From: an uncultured Desulfarculus sp.
GTDB lineage: Bacteria > Desulfobacterota > Desulfarculia > Desulfarculales > Desulfarculaceae
Assembly: GCA_963665125.2 (NCBI GenBank)
Contig: CAXXUK010000001.1
Coordinates: 32,001 to 96,000 of the forward strand
Reading direction: 5' to 3'
DNA: 64,000 bases
In this document: positions 28,051 to 37,762 of the stretch, in pieces
Layout of the letters: every line of letters begins with the position of its first letter
Numbering within the stretch: the first letter of the stretch is position 1
The notes under the pieces: model-generated
What the model saw: the letters and a program-made list of their open reading frames with translations, nothing else
Told to the model about the DNA's origin: nothing
The model's database searches: none
Made by a program: the position numbers and the translations under genes

Positions 28051-28829
28051 TGCTGCCCGATGAAAACGACAGCCGGTTTCAGGAACTGACCGGCGGCGGG
28101 TTCCACTTTGACTGCAACCCGGACGTGCCCTGTTTCGGCCAGTGCTGCCGCAGACTCAACCTGGTGCTGACGCCCTATGACGTGCTGCGGCTCAAGCAGC
28201 GCCTGGGCCTGAGCGCCGACGAGTTCATCGACCGCCACACCATCGTGGAAAACGGCCAGAACGGCTGGCCCATGCCCCGCCTGGCCATGTCCGACACCCC
28301 GGAAAAGACCTGCCCGTTCTTGCAGGACGGCGGCGGCTGCGGCGTGTATGAAGACCGGCCCGGCGCCTGCCGGACCTATCCCCTGGGCCGGGCCACCAAG
28401 GGCGGCCAGGGCGGCGGACCCACCGAGGAATCGTGGTTCCTGGTGCGCGAGGACCACTGCCGGGGCTTTGACAAGGGCAGCGACTGGACCCCCGAGACAT
28501 GGACCAAGGACCAGGGCCTGGAGGCCTACAACAGCGTCAACGACCTGTTCCTGCCCATCATCAGCCGCCAGACCAGCTCGCCCTCGCCGGAGATAGCGGC
28601 CAAGAAGATGCAGATGTTCTTTATGGCCTGCTACAACCTGGACCAGTTCCGCAAGTTCGTGACCCAGAGCTCCTTGACCAATATGGTGAAACTGCCCCAG
28701 GCCCGGCTGGAGGCCATGGAAGAAAACGACCTGCAACTGTTGAAATTCGCCTTTGAGTGGCTGCGCTTTTCCATGTTCGGCGACAAGACCCTGACCTTAA
28801 AACCCGAGTTCGCCAACCGCCGTCCTTAG
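28050..28829 (+). CDS. YkgJ-family cysteine cluster protein (tandem paralog)
   Basis: FDC...CF..CC, LTPYD, CPFL...C.VY..RP.ACRTYPL. Confidence 0.9.
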   Translation: MLPDENDSRFQELTGGGFHFDCNPDVPCFGQCCRRLNLVLTPYDVLRLKQRLGLSADEFIDRHTIVENGQNGWPMPRLAMSDTPEKTCPFLQDGGGCGVYEDRPGACRTYPLGRATKGGQGGGPTEESWFLVREDHCRGFDKGSDWTPETWTKDQGLEAYNSVNDLFLPIISRQTSSPSPEIAAKKMQMFFMACYNLDQFRKFVTQSSLTNMVKLPQARLEAMEENDLQLLKFAFEWLRFSMFGDKTLTLKPEFANRRP

Positions 28830-28920
28830 GCCTAACGGAATATGAAATACGAGCCCGCCGGAATCACCCGGCGGGTTTCTTTTTGGGCTGTCTGAGTTTT
28901 TGTGAATAGGTGCACGCCTG

Positions 28921-28949
28921 TTGACCTGATAACCACCTGCCGCTATATT
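28921..28949 (+). promoter_or_regulatory. Sigma70 promoter of ncRNA candidate 2
   Basis: TTGACC-N17-TATATT; the seventh base after the -10 box is the first base of the RNA stem. Confidence 0.7.
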
Positions 28950-28955
28950 CCTTTT

Positions 28956-29135
28956 GCCGGCCGGAGACGCCAGGGAATCAGCCGGTGGCGGGGTCCCGGT
29001 CATCTCTGAATGACCCGGAACCGATAATGCGGAAGGTCGCTGTCCCGCCCGGCCGGTGGGGCCCGCTGACGGCCTGTGCGGTCCCGACTGCAGCGGGTGC
29101 TCCGGCAGGATGTTTTACCAGCGGGCCCCTTTTTT
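28956..29135 (+). ncRNA. Unidentified structured RNA, copy 2 (28956-29057), plus a second structured domain ending in a T-tract
   Basis: Stem GCCGGCCGG/CCGGCCGGT around the same core as copy 1; then GGGGCCCGCTG/CAGCGGGCCCC followed by T6. Confidence 0.7.
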
Positions 29136-29202
29136 ATCCCACCGTTTTAATCACCACATATAAATAGTGAAAAATCGTCTTGACTTTCCGAACCGCGTTT
29201 AA

Positions 29203-29225
29203 TTACGGTAACGGTGTTACGGTAA
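29203..29225. promoter_or_regulatory. Palindromic operator, probably for the adjacent TetR
   Basis: TTACGGTAAC-GGT-GTTACGGTAA just upstream of the tetR start. Confidence 0.6.
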
Positions 29226-29260
29226 CTTTGTTGGCCTGTAAAGCCATGGGAGTTTATTAC

Positions 29261-29908
29261 ATGCCCAGACCGGCCCGCGATCTCAGCGAAGTGGAGACCG
29301 TCAAGAACCAGATCATCGACGAGGCGTCCTACATCATCGCCGAATACGGCTACGACTTCTTCAGCATGCGCAAGCTGGCCGCCCGCCTGGGCATCGCCGC
29401 CAAGACCATCTACAACTACTTCGCCAACAAGGACGAGCTGTACTTCATGGTCCTGACCAGGGGCTTCGAGCAACTGGTGGACGAAACGTCCGAGGCCATT
29501 GAAAAGGCCCGGGACACCGCGCAAAGGGTCCGGGCCCTGTGCCGGGCCTACCTGCGCTTCGGCCTGGAAAACCCCCACTACTATGACCTGATGTTCAACC
29601 TCAACGTGCCCAAGTACATGGATTACCTGGACACGCCCCTGGAAGAAATAGCCCGGCGGGAAAACGACACGGCTATGCGTTTGACCGCCCTGGCCGAGGC
29701 CAACCTGCGGGCCCTGGCCGACGAAAACGGCTGCTTTGATCCGGACGAGACCATATCGCATCTGTTCCACATCTGGAGCGTGCTGCACGGCATGGTCTCG
29801 CTGACCAACAGCCGGGTGACCTACGAGGTGCTCACCGTGGACGAACGGGTCATCGAGCAAACCCTGGGAATTGCCCTGGAGAGGTATATCAACCCTGCCG
29901 CACGCTGA
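29261..29908 (+). CDS. TetR/AcrR-family regulator
   Basis: FSMRKLAARLGIAAKTIYNYFANKDEL. Confidence 0.93.
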   Translation: MPRPARDLSEVETVKNQIIDEASYIIAEYGYDFFSMRKLAARLGIAAKTIYNYFANKDELYFMVLTRGFEQLVDETSEAIEKARDTAQRVRALCRAYLRFGLENPHYYDLMFNLNVPKYMDYLDTPLEEIARRENDTAMRLTALAEANLRALADENGCFDPDETISHLFHIWSVLHGMVSLTNSRVTYEVLTVDERVIEQTLGIALERYINPAAR

Positions 29909-30024
29909 GGCGGCCCGGCGGGGAAACGTAATACAAGCCGAATACGGTGGCCGAATAATCAGCTATTGCCGGCGCATCATCCACCCTTGGGCGGACCTTT
30001 TTCCCACTGACGGAGGATTGTGTA

Positions 30025-31695
30025 ATGGCAATGATCGACGGCGGCCATCTGGTGGCCAAATACCTCAAGGAAACCGAAGGCATCAATACTGTCTTTTCGC
30101 TGTCCGGCGGCCATATCGACCGCATCTACGACGGGTTTCTGGAGTACGGCGTGCGGCTCATCGATGTGCGCCATGAACAGGCCGCGGCCATGATGGCCCA
30201 CGCCTGGAGTATGTACGCCGACCAGCCCGGCGTGTGCCTGGTCACGGCCGGGCCGGGCTTCACCAACGCCCTGACGGGCATCGTCAACGCGGCCATGGAG
30301 AACGCGCCCCTGGTGGTGATCAGCGGCACGGCCCCGGTGCGCGACTGGCAAAAGGGCGCTTTGCAGGAGATAGGCCAGGCCGACATGGTCAAGCAATCGG
30401 TGAAGTGGCACGCCATCTGTCACGACCCCACGCGTATCTGCGAATACCTGCATTCTGCCTTCCGCCACGCCGTCAACGGCAGGCCCGGCCCGGTGTTCCT
30501 GGAACTGCCGCCGGACGTCTTGAACGTCAAGGTGGACGAAGACCTGGCCGTCAAGCCGGGCAAGGGCGCGGCCGTCTACCGCAGCGCCTCCGACCCCGAG
30601 GCCGTGAAAAAGGCCGCCGAGATCATCAACAACGCCAAGAGCCCGTTGATCCTGGGCGGCAGCGGCCTGGCCCTGAGCGACTGCGGCCCGGAACTTCAGC
30701 AGTTCATCAAGACCACCGGCATCCCCCACATGCTCCTGGCCAGCGGCCGGGGCTACGCGCCCGAGGACGACGGCCTGTCCCTGTGGCCCGGCGGTCTGAT
30801 CGGCGTCTTGGCCGCCTCGGCCATGGCCGACGTGGTCATCGCTCTGGGAGTGCGCTTCAACTGGCTGTTGATGTTCGGCCAGGGCTTCCCCCAGGCCAAG
30901 CTGATCCGGGTGGATATCGACGCCGCCGAGATGGACCGCAACCGCCAGGTGGACGTGGGCATGTCCGGCGACCTGAAGCTGACTTTGGGCCAACTCAACA
31001 AGCTCGTTGAAAACCGCGACCACACCGCCTGGCGCGAGACCATCACCGCGGCATACACCGAGGCCATCGCCGGCGAGATCGCCGCCCGGGACCAGGCCTC
31101 GGACCCCATCCACCCCCAACGCATGGTTGAACTGGTGCGCCAGGCCGCCGGAGACGACAGCATCTATATCATCGACGGCGGCGACACCTGCTATTTCGGC
31201 ATGGTCGGCCTGACGGCCAGCAGCCCCAGCGGCGTGTACGGCGCGGCGGGCGGCCAGTTCGGCTGCCTGGGCACGGGTATACCCATGGGCATCGCTGCCA
31301 AGGCGGCCCAGCCGGACAAGAACGTGGTGGTGATCAGCGGCGACGGCTCCACGGGCCTGAACTTGATGGAGATCGACACGGCGGTGCGCCATGAACTGCC
31401 CATAACCTGCGTGGTCAACAACGATCAGGCCTGGGGCATGATCAAACACGGCCAGGAGGTGTGCTACGGCGACCAGCGCATAATCGGTTCGACCCTGGGC
31501 GTGGTGCGCTACGATCTGGTGGCCCAGGCCCTGGGCGGCCACGGCGAGTTCGTGGAAAAGGACGCCGAGGTGATTCCGGCCGTGCAGCGGGCCATGGCCT
31601 CGGGCAAGCCCGCCGTGGTCAACGTTATGACCGACCCCTGCGTGACCAGCCTGGCCACCTATAACTTTGTCGAAGGACTCAAGATGGAGGAATAG
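30025..31695 (+). CDS. Thiamine diphosphate-dependent enzyme (IlvB / 2-hydroxyacyl-CoA lyase-like)
   Basis: RHEQAA, TAGPG, GRPGPV, SGDGS...NN. Confidence 0.9.
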   Translation: MAMIDGGHLVAKYLKETEGINTVFSLSGGHIDRIYDGFLEYGVRLIDVRHEQAAAMMAHAWSMYADQPGVCLVTAGPGFTNALTGIVNAAMENAPLVVISGTAPVRDWQKGALQEIGQADMVKQSVKWHAICHDPTRICEYLHSAFRHAVNGRPGPVFLELPPDVLNVKVDEDLAVKPGKGAAVYRSASDPEAVKKAAEIINNAKSPLILGGSGLALSDCGPELQQFIKTTGIPHMLLASGRGYAPEDDGLSLWPGGLIGVLAASAMADVVIALGVRFNWLLMFGQGFPQAKLIRVDIDAAEMDRNRQVDVGMSGDLKLTLGQLNKLVENRDHTAWRETITAAYTEAIAGEIAARDQASDPIHPQRMVELVRQAAGDDSIYIIDGGDTCYFGMVGLTASSPSGVYGAAGGQFGCLGTGIPMGIAAKAAQPDKNVVVISGDGSTGLNLMEIDTAVRHELPITCVVNNDQAWGMIKHGQEVCYGDQRIIGSTLGVVRYDLVAQALGGHGEFVEKDAEVIPAVQRAMASGKPAVVNVMTDPCVTSLATYNFVEGLKMEE

Positions 31696-31697
31696 CC

Positions 31698-32915
31698 GTG
31701 AAGGGCCTGACCTTTTCGGTCAGCGTGCCCCAGTGGCTTGCCCTCAAGGCCCTGGGCCCGCTGAGCAGCAAACTGTTCTATAGCGGCCCGCTGGCCACGG
31801 TGAAGCTAGCTGAACTGCCCGAACCCGGCCCGCCCCGCGCGGGCTGGGTCAAGATCAACACCATCATGTGCGGCTTCTGCGCCAGCGACCTTAACCTGCT
31901 GATGTTGCATGATTCGCCGACGGCCAGCCCGTTCACCTCGTTTCCCTGTGTCATGGGACACGAGGTCTGCGGCGAGATCGCCGAAGTCGGCCCCGGCGTG
32001 GAAGGCCTGGCCCCCGGCGATTTCGTGGCCGTGGTACCGGCCCTGCCCTGCGCGGCCAGGGGCATAGACCCGCCGTGCCCTGCCTGCGCCAAGGGTTGGT
32101 TCGCGGCCTGCGAAAACACGGCCGAGGGCGATATCTCCCCCGGCATGTTCACCGGCATCTGCGCCGACACCGGCGGCGGGTTTTCACCCAAATTCACGGC
32201 CCACCAGAGTCAGTGTTTCAAGCTGCCGGAGGGCTTTTCGCCGGAAGCCGGGGCCCTGATGGAGCCGTTTTCCGTGGGATTGCAGGCGGCCTATACCAAT
32301 CCGCCCAACCCCGGCGAGGAGGTTCTGGTCATCGGCGGCGGGGTCATCGGCAACATGGTGGTCCACGGCCTGCGCTCCCTGGACATTGATTGCAAGATCA
32401 CCGTGGCCGAGCGTTCCGGGTTTGCCGCCGATTTCTGCCGCCAAGCCGGGGCCGACCGGGTCCTGCTGGGCGGTGATTTGTTCGCCCATGCCGCCGAGAT
32501 CACCGGTTCCAAGACCTACAAGCCCATGATCGGTCCGCCCATCGCCCAGGGTGGTTTCAGCCGCATCTACGACACCGTGGGCTCCCAGGCCACCCTGAAC
32601 ACGGCCATGCGGATCATGGCCGCCGGGGGCACCCTTAGCCAGGTGGGCATCGGCAGCGACGTCAAGCTGGACCTGACGCCCCTGTGGCTCAAGCGCCAGA
32701 GCATCGTGGGGGTCTATGCCACGGGCTATGCCCAATACAGGGGACAAAATCGCCACATGTTCGACATCGGCATTGACCTGGTCCACAGCGGCAAGGTGGA
32801 TATCAGCCCCATGGTCACTCACCGCTACGCCCTGGATGATTATCAGGCCCTGATCAACGACAACCTGGACAAGCAGGGCAAAAAGATGATGAAGGCCGTG
32901 GTGTCGTTTGCTTAG
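31698..32915 (+). CDS. Zinc-dependent medium-chain dehydrogenase
   Basis: CGFCASD, GHE, structural Cys cluster, GGGVIG. Confidence 0.9.
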   Translation: MKGLTFSVSVPQWLALKALGPLSSKLFYSGPLATVKLAELPEPGPPRAGWVKINTIMCGFCASDLNLLMLHDSPTASPFTSFPCVMGHEVCGEIAEVGPGVEGLAPGDFVAVVPALPCAARGIDPPCPACAKGWFAACENTAEGDISPGMFTGICADTGGGFSPKFTAHQSQCFKLPEGFSPEAGALMEPFSVGLQAAYTNPPNPGEEVLVIGGGVIGNMVVHGLRSLDIDCKITVAERSGFAADFCRQAGADRVLLGGDLFAHAAEITGSKTYKPMIGPPIAQGGFSRIYDTVGSQATLNTAMRIMAAGGTLSQVGIGSDVKLDLTPLWLKRQSIVGVYATGYAQYRGQNRHMFDIGIDLVHSGKVDISPMVTHRYALDDYQALINDNLDKQGKKMMKAVVSFA

Positions 32916-32927
32916 CGGGGGGAGGCA

Positions 32928-33908
32928 ATGAAGGCTTTTGTAACGGGGGCAACGGGTTTTATCGGGGCCAGGCTGTGCGAAATCCTGGCCGCTGAAGGCG
33001 CGGAGGTGACGGCCCTGGCCCTGCCCGGCGAGGACGTGGGCAGGGTCGCGCCGTATTGCGCCCATATCGTCAGGGGGGATATCACCGAGCCCGCAAGCCT
33101 TCGGGGCGTTTGCCCCGAAGGCGCGGTGGTGTTTCATCTGGCGGCCAGGGTCACCGACTGGGGCAGGCGCGGCCTGTTTTACGCGGCCATATACGACGGG
33201 GCCCGGAATATGCTTGAGGCCTGCAAGGGCAGGGCGTCGCGGTTCGTGCAGGTCAGCTCCATAGCCGCCTGCGGCCTGGGGCGGCATTTGAAGGGCGTGC
33301 GCGAGGACGAACCCTGCATCCGCTCGGGCGTACCCTACAACGACGCCAAGGCCGACGCCGAGGACATGGTCCGGGATTATCACGGCCGGGGCGATCTGGA
33401 ATGCGTCATCGTGCGTCCGGCCAATGTCATCGGGCCGGGCAGCGTCTGGGTCCGCGACGTGGTGGACCGCTACCGGCTGATGCGCGTGCCGCTATTGGAC
33501 GGCGGCAGATACAGCGCCTCGCTGGTGGACGTGGGCAACCTGGCCAAGGGGATATACCTGGCCGGGACCACGCCCCGGGCCGCCGGGCAGACCTATCACC
33601 TGCGCGACGATTGGGACGTGACCTGGCAGCGCTACGTCACGGACCTGGGGGCCATGCTCGGCAAGAGGCCGGGCCCGAGCCTGCCTTTCGGGTTGGCCTG
33701 GGGCGCCGGGGCCGTGCTGGAGGCGGTATTGACCCCGCTGAACATCCGGGCCCCCATGACCAGGCTGGCCGCCGGGGTCATGGGCCGGGACAACGATGTG
33801 GACGCCTCCAAGGCGCGATCCGAGCTTGGCTGGCGCAGCGAGATCAGCTACCAAGAGTCCATGGCCGACATCAAAACCTGGGTCGGGCAGTACACGTCGG
33901 ACTGGTGA
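32928..33908 (+). CDS. NAD-dependent epimerase/dehydratase (extended SDR)
   Basis: TGATGFIG, HLAA, YNDAK. Confidence 0.9.
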   Translation: MKAFVTGATGFIGARLCEILAAEGAEVTALALPGEDVGRVAPYCAHIVRGDITEPASLRGVCPEGAVVFHLAARVTDWGRRGLFYAAIYDGARNMLEACKGRASRFVQVSSIAACGLGRHLKGVREDEPCIRSGVPYNDAKADAEDMVRDYHGRGDLECVIVRPANVIGPGSVWVRDVVDRYRLMRVPLLDGGRYSASLVDVGNLAKGIYLAGTTPRAAGQTYHLRDDWDVTWQRYVTDLGAMLGKRPGPSLPFGLAWGAGAVLEAVLTPLNIRAPMTRLAAGVMGRDNDVDASKARSELGWRSEISYQESMADIKTWVGQYTSDW

Positions 33909-33971
33909 CGGCTTCTCCTGCCGCCCGGTTGTGCTACAATCCAAAGCTGTGAATCCGATGCTTGACTAACG

Positions 33972-35192
33972 GTGGAGGACAGCGGCGCGATGGGCGGCCC
34001 GGAAGGCCAAGAGCACAGTCAGATCAACGCCGAGACCTTGGCGGAACTGCGGGGCGAGGTGGAGCGCCAGCGCGGGCTGATCTCCGCCCTGGAGATGGAG
34101 GTGGAGCGCGGCCGCCTGACCAGGGAGGCCCTGGTGGAGAGCGAGGCCCGCTTCCGCAGTCTGTTCCATGATTCGCACCAGGTGATGCTGTTGGTTGACG
34201 GCGGCAGTGGGCGCATCCGCGACGCCAACCCGGCGGCCTGCCGCTACTATGGCCGGGCCTGGGGCGAACTGACGGCAATGGGCGCGGCCCAGTTGGAGGC
34301 CAGCGCCGATGATTCCCATCTGCGCAAGATGGCCCAGACCGGCGGGCAGTATTTCAGCCAACACCTCCTGGCCCACGGCGTTCGGCGCGACGTGGAGGTC
34401 CATTGCAGCGCCATGAGCCTGGGCGGCCGGGCCATGGTCTATGTGATCGTCCACGACATCACCGAGAAAAAGGCCCTCCAGGCCGAGGCGGCCATGTCGG
34501 CCCATATGGCCAGCATCGGCGAGTTGGCCGCCGGAGTGGCCCACGAGGTAAACAACCCCATCAACGGCATCATCAACCTGGCCCAGTTGATCATCGACAG
34601 GTCGGGCAGCCCCGAGGCCACCGGCGACTACCCGCGCCGCATCATCCAAGAGGGCGAGCGTATCTCCGAGATCGTGCGCAATCTGCTCAGCTTTGCCCGG
34701 CCCGGCCAGCAGGACCCCCAGCCCGCGCCCGCAGCCGGTATCCTGGAAAACGCCCTGGCGCTGATGGGCGGCCAGCTGCACAAGCGAGGCATCATCCTTG
34801 AGGTTGAATTCCCCCCGGGACTTCCATTGGTTCTGGTCCGGGACCGCCAGATCCAGCAGGTGTTCATGAACCTGATCTCCAACGCCATGCACGCCCTGGA
34901 AGACAAACCGGACATTGGCCAAGACCGCAAGCTGCGGATCACCGCCGAAGCGGACGCCAAACGCGGGATTGTCTTGGTGTGTTTTGTTGACAATGGTCCG
35001 GGTCTGAGCCCGGATATGGCAGGTCGGGTGTTTGAGCCGTTTTTTACCACCAAGGCCGCGGGCCGGGGCACGGGCCTGGGCCTGAGCGTCAGCCACCGCA
35101 TCATCCAGGAGCACGGCGGTCGGATAATCTTTGAAAGTACGGGCCACGGAACCACGGTGAGCGTGGAGCTGCCCATGGCGGAGCGGGAGTGA
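33972..35192 (+). CDS. PAS sensor histidine kinase
   Basis: GVAHEVNNP, NLISNA, DNGPG, FFTTK, GTGLGL. Confidence 0.92.
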   Translation: MEDSGAMGGPEGQEHSQINAETLAELRGEVERQRGLISALEMEVERGRLTREALVESEARFRSLFHDSHQVMLLVDGGSGRIRDANPAACRYYGRAWGELTAMGAAQLEASADDSHLRKMAQTGGQYFSQHLLAHGVRRDVEVHCSAMSLGGRAMVYVIVHDITEKKALQAEAAMSAHMASIGELAAGVAHEVNNPINGIINLAQLIIDRSGSPEATGDYPRRIIQEGERISEIVRNLLSFARPGQQDPQPAPAAGILENALALMGGQLHKRGIILEVEFPPGLPLVLVRDRQIQQVFMNLISNAMHALEDKPDIGQDRKLRITAEADAKRGIVLVCFVDNGPGLSPDMAGRVFEPFFTTKAAGRGTGLGLSVSHRIIQEHGGRIIFESTGHGTTVSVELPMAERE

Positions 35193-35193
35193 A

Positions 35194-36903
35194 ATGCAGG
35201 GGCGCATCCTCATAGTCGACGACGAGCAGACCCTGCGCATGACCTTCGAGGCCCTGCTCAGCGACGCCGGGTATTGGGTCCGTTGCGCGGCCGGCTTTGA
35301 CGAGGCGGTGGCCGCCCTGGCAAAGGATGAGTTTGACGCGGTCATCGCCGATATCGTCCTGGGCGGCAAATCGGGCATCGACCTGCTGGAGCGCGTCCGG
35401 CAAATGCGGCCCGGCCTGCCCGTGGTAATGATCACCGGCCAACCCACGGTGGATACGGCTTCGGCGGCTCTGCGCCTGGGCGCCCATGATTTCGTGGTCA
35501 AGCCGGTGAACAAGGACATGCTCCTGCGGGCGGCCCGCTCGGCCGTGGGCTACAGCCGCCTGCAACGGGAGCGCGACGAAGCTGCCGCCCAGCGCCTACG
35601 CTACCAGGGCCTGCTGGAGGCCATCTTCGGCAGCATGGCCGAGGGCATCGTCACCACTGACACCGAGGGCAGGCTCAGTCAGGTCAATACGGCAGCCGGG
35701 GCCATCTGCGGCATCGAGCCGAACGAGGCCCTGGGCTCGTTTATCGGCGAAAAAGTCTGGGACATGCTGGGGCCGGGGCGGGAAATGCTCCTGAATGCGG
35801 CGGGGCAGGGGGCCCAGGAAAATCGCAAGCACCAAATCGTGCCCCGAAACGGCGCGTCCCGGATGGTGGAGATGACCGCCAGGCCGCTGTTGGGCGGCGG
35901 CGGCGAGCCCCTGGGAGCGCTGCTGCTGCTGCGCGACGAAACCCGCCTGGCCCAGCTGGAGCAATCCCTGGGCGCGCGGCGGGGCCTGCACCGCATGATC
36001 GGCTCCAGCCCGGCCATGCAAAAACTTTATTCCATGCTGGAGACCCTGGCCCAGACCGACACCACCGTGCTCATCCAGGGCGAAAGCGGCACGGGCAAGG
36101 AGCTTGCCGCCGAGGCCCTGCATTATCTGGGGCCGCGCTCCAGCGGACCCCTGGTCAAGGTCAACTGCTCGGCCCTTTCGGAAAATTTGTTGGAAAGTGA
36201 GCTTTTCGGCCATGTGCGCGGGGCCTTTACCGGAGCCCAAACCGACAAGGCCGGACGATTTTTATTGGCCCACGGCGGTACGATCATGCTGGACGAGATC
36301 GGCGATATCAGCCCGGCGGTACAAGTGAAGCTGCTGCGGGTTCTGGAAGACAAGACCGTTGAACGGGTTGGCGAGGCCAAACCGCGCAAGGTCGACGTGC
36401 GGGTGGTGGCCGCCACCAACCAGGACCTTGCCGAGTTGGTGCGCCGGGGGGATTTCCGCCAGGACCTGTATTACCGCCTCCGGGTGGTTCGCCTGGAGCT
36501 TGAGCCGCTGCGTTCGCGCCTGGAGGACCTGCCGCTGCTGGCCTCTCATTTCCTGGACGACATGGCCGGACGCCTGGGCAAGGGCGAGGCCGGTCTCTCG
36601 CCCGAGGTCATGGATATCCTGTTGCGCCACCGCTGGCCGGGCAATGTCCGGGAACTGCGGCATGTGCTGGAACACGCCCATGTCTTCTGCACCGGCGGGG
36701 TGATCAGGCCCGAGCACCTGCCGCCGGAATTGGCCGCTCCGGCCGAGGGTCCGTCCGATGTAGGCTCATCGGACGAGCGCGGGCGCATCATCGCCGCCCT
36801 GGAAAAGGCCGGAGGCAACAAGGCCAAGGCCGCCCGCATGCTAGGTTACAGCCGCAACACCCTCTACCGCAAGTTGCACGAGCTGGGCATTCCCCTGGAT
36901 TAG
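35194..36903 (+). CDS. Sigma54-dependent response regulator (REC-PAS-AAA+-Fis HTH)
   Basis: GESGTGKE, GAFTGA, WPGNVREL, C-terminal HTH. Confidence 0.95.
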   Translation: MQGRILIVDDEQTLRMTFEALLSDAGYWVRCAAGFDEAVAALAKDEFDAVIADIVLGGKSGIDLLERVRQMRPGLPVVMITGQPTVDTASAALRLGAHDFVVKPVNKDMLLRAARSAVGYSRLQRERDEAAAQRLRYQGLLEAIFGSMAEGIVTTDTEGRLSQVNTAAGAICGIEPNEALGSFIGEKVWDMLGPGREMLLNAAGQGAQENRKHQIVPRNGASRMVEMTARPLLGGGGEPLGALLLLRDETRLAQLEQSLGARRGLHRMIGSSPAMQKLYSMLETLAQTDTTVLIQGESGTGKELAAEALHYLGPRSSGPLVKVNCSALSENLLESELFGHVRGAFTGAQTDKAGRFLLAHGGTIMLDEIGDISPAVQVKLLRVLEDKTVERVGEAKPRKVDVRVVAATNQDLAELVRRGDFRQDLYYRLRVVRLELEPLRSRLEDLPLLASHFLDDMAGRLGKGEAGLSPEVMDILLRHRWPGNVRELRHVLEHAHVFCTGGVIRPEHLPPELAAPAEGPSDVGSSDERGRIIAALEKAGGNKAKAARMLGYSRNTLYRKLHELGIPLD

Positions 36904-36914
36904 AGACCAAATGC

Positions 36915-37057
36915 GACACAAGTGTCACGTTACACATGTGTAATGTTACGCTTTATGTAACACTGCCCCTGGTAGGGGCGTCTCATTTTAACTGGCGGTA
37001 ATGTAAGGATAATATCAATAAAAACGACCGGTATGACTGAATGGCCCGGGTTTTGCT
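36915..37057 (+). promoter_or_regulatory. Sigma54 promoter of cheW with upstream palindromic enhancer candidates
   Basis: TGGCCCGGGTTTTGCT (GG-N10-GC) at 37042-37057; TTACACATGTGTAA and TGTTAC-N7-GTAACA about 100 bp upstream. Confidence 0.7.
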
Positions 37058-37099
37058 CTTATAGCAGGCAATGATTAAACCCGTTTACGGAGGATTGAT

Positions 37100-37606
37100 A
37101 TGGCAGCCCAGGAAATGAACGCTCAGGTAACGGAACTCGGTCTGGAACTGGCCGGCAAGTATCTCACCTTCGGCTTGGCCGACGAAGAATACGGCCTGGA
37201 GATTCTCCGGGTCCGCGAGATCATCGGCATGATGGACGTGACCCCCATTCCCCGCACCCCGGATTTCGTGCTGGGCGTGATCAACCTGCGCGGCAAGGTC
37301 ATCCCGGTGGTGGACCTGCGGCTGAAGTTCGGTCTGTCCTATCAGGAGCCCGACGACCGCACCTGCATCATCGTTGTGGAGGTGATGAGCCAAAACGAAG
37401 CCATCATGATGGGCATTGTCGTGGATATGGTCAACGAGGTAGCCGATGTACGGGCCGAAAACGTCGAGCCCACCCCCAGCTTCGGCGTGGCCCTGGACAC
37501 CAGCTTCATCCTGGGCATGGCCAAGTTCGGCGATAAGGTCATTACCTTGCTGGCCATTGACAAGGTGTTGACCTCCTCGGAGATGCAGTCCCTGTCATCG
37601 TTCTAA
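37100..37606 (+). CDS. cheW: Chemotaxis adaptor CheW
   Basis: KYLTF, VREIIG, GVINLRGKVIPVVDLR. Confidence 0.95.
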   Translation: MAAQEMNAQVTELGLELAGKYLTFGLADEEYGLEILRVREIIGMMDVTPIPRTPDFVLGVINLRGKVIPVVDLRLKFGLSYQEPDDRTCIIVVEVMSQNEAIMMGIVVDMVNEVADVRAENVEPTPSFGVALDTSFILGMAKFGDKVITLLAIDKVLTSSEMQSLSSF

Positions 37607-37633
37607 ATCCCGCAATAAAATAGAAATTTCGGT

Positions 37634-37668
37634 CCCGCCGCGGCAATGCGCCCGCGGCGGGCCTTTTT
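37634..37668 (+). terminator. Intrinsic terminator
   Basis: CCCGCCGCGG ... CCGCGGCGGG followed by a T-run. Confidence 0.75.
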
Positions 37669-37762
37669 ATGCAAATCAGCCCCGGCTGGCCTTTGACCAG
37701 TGTGGGCAAGGCCTGTCCGGTCTATAATTTTACCGGCTTGAGCTCAGGCCATAAGCTTCCTG

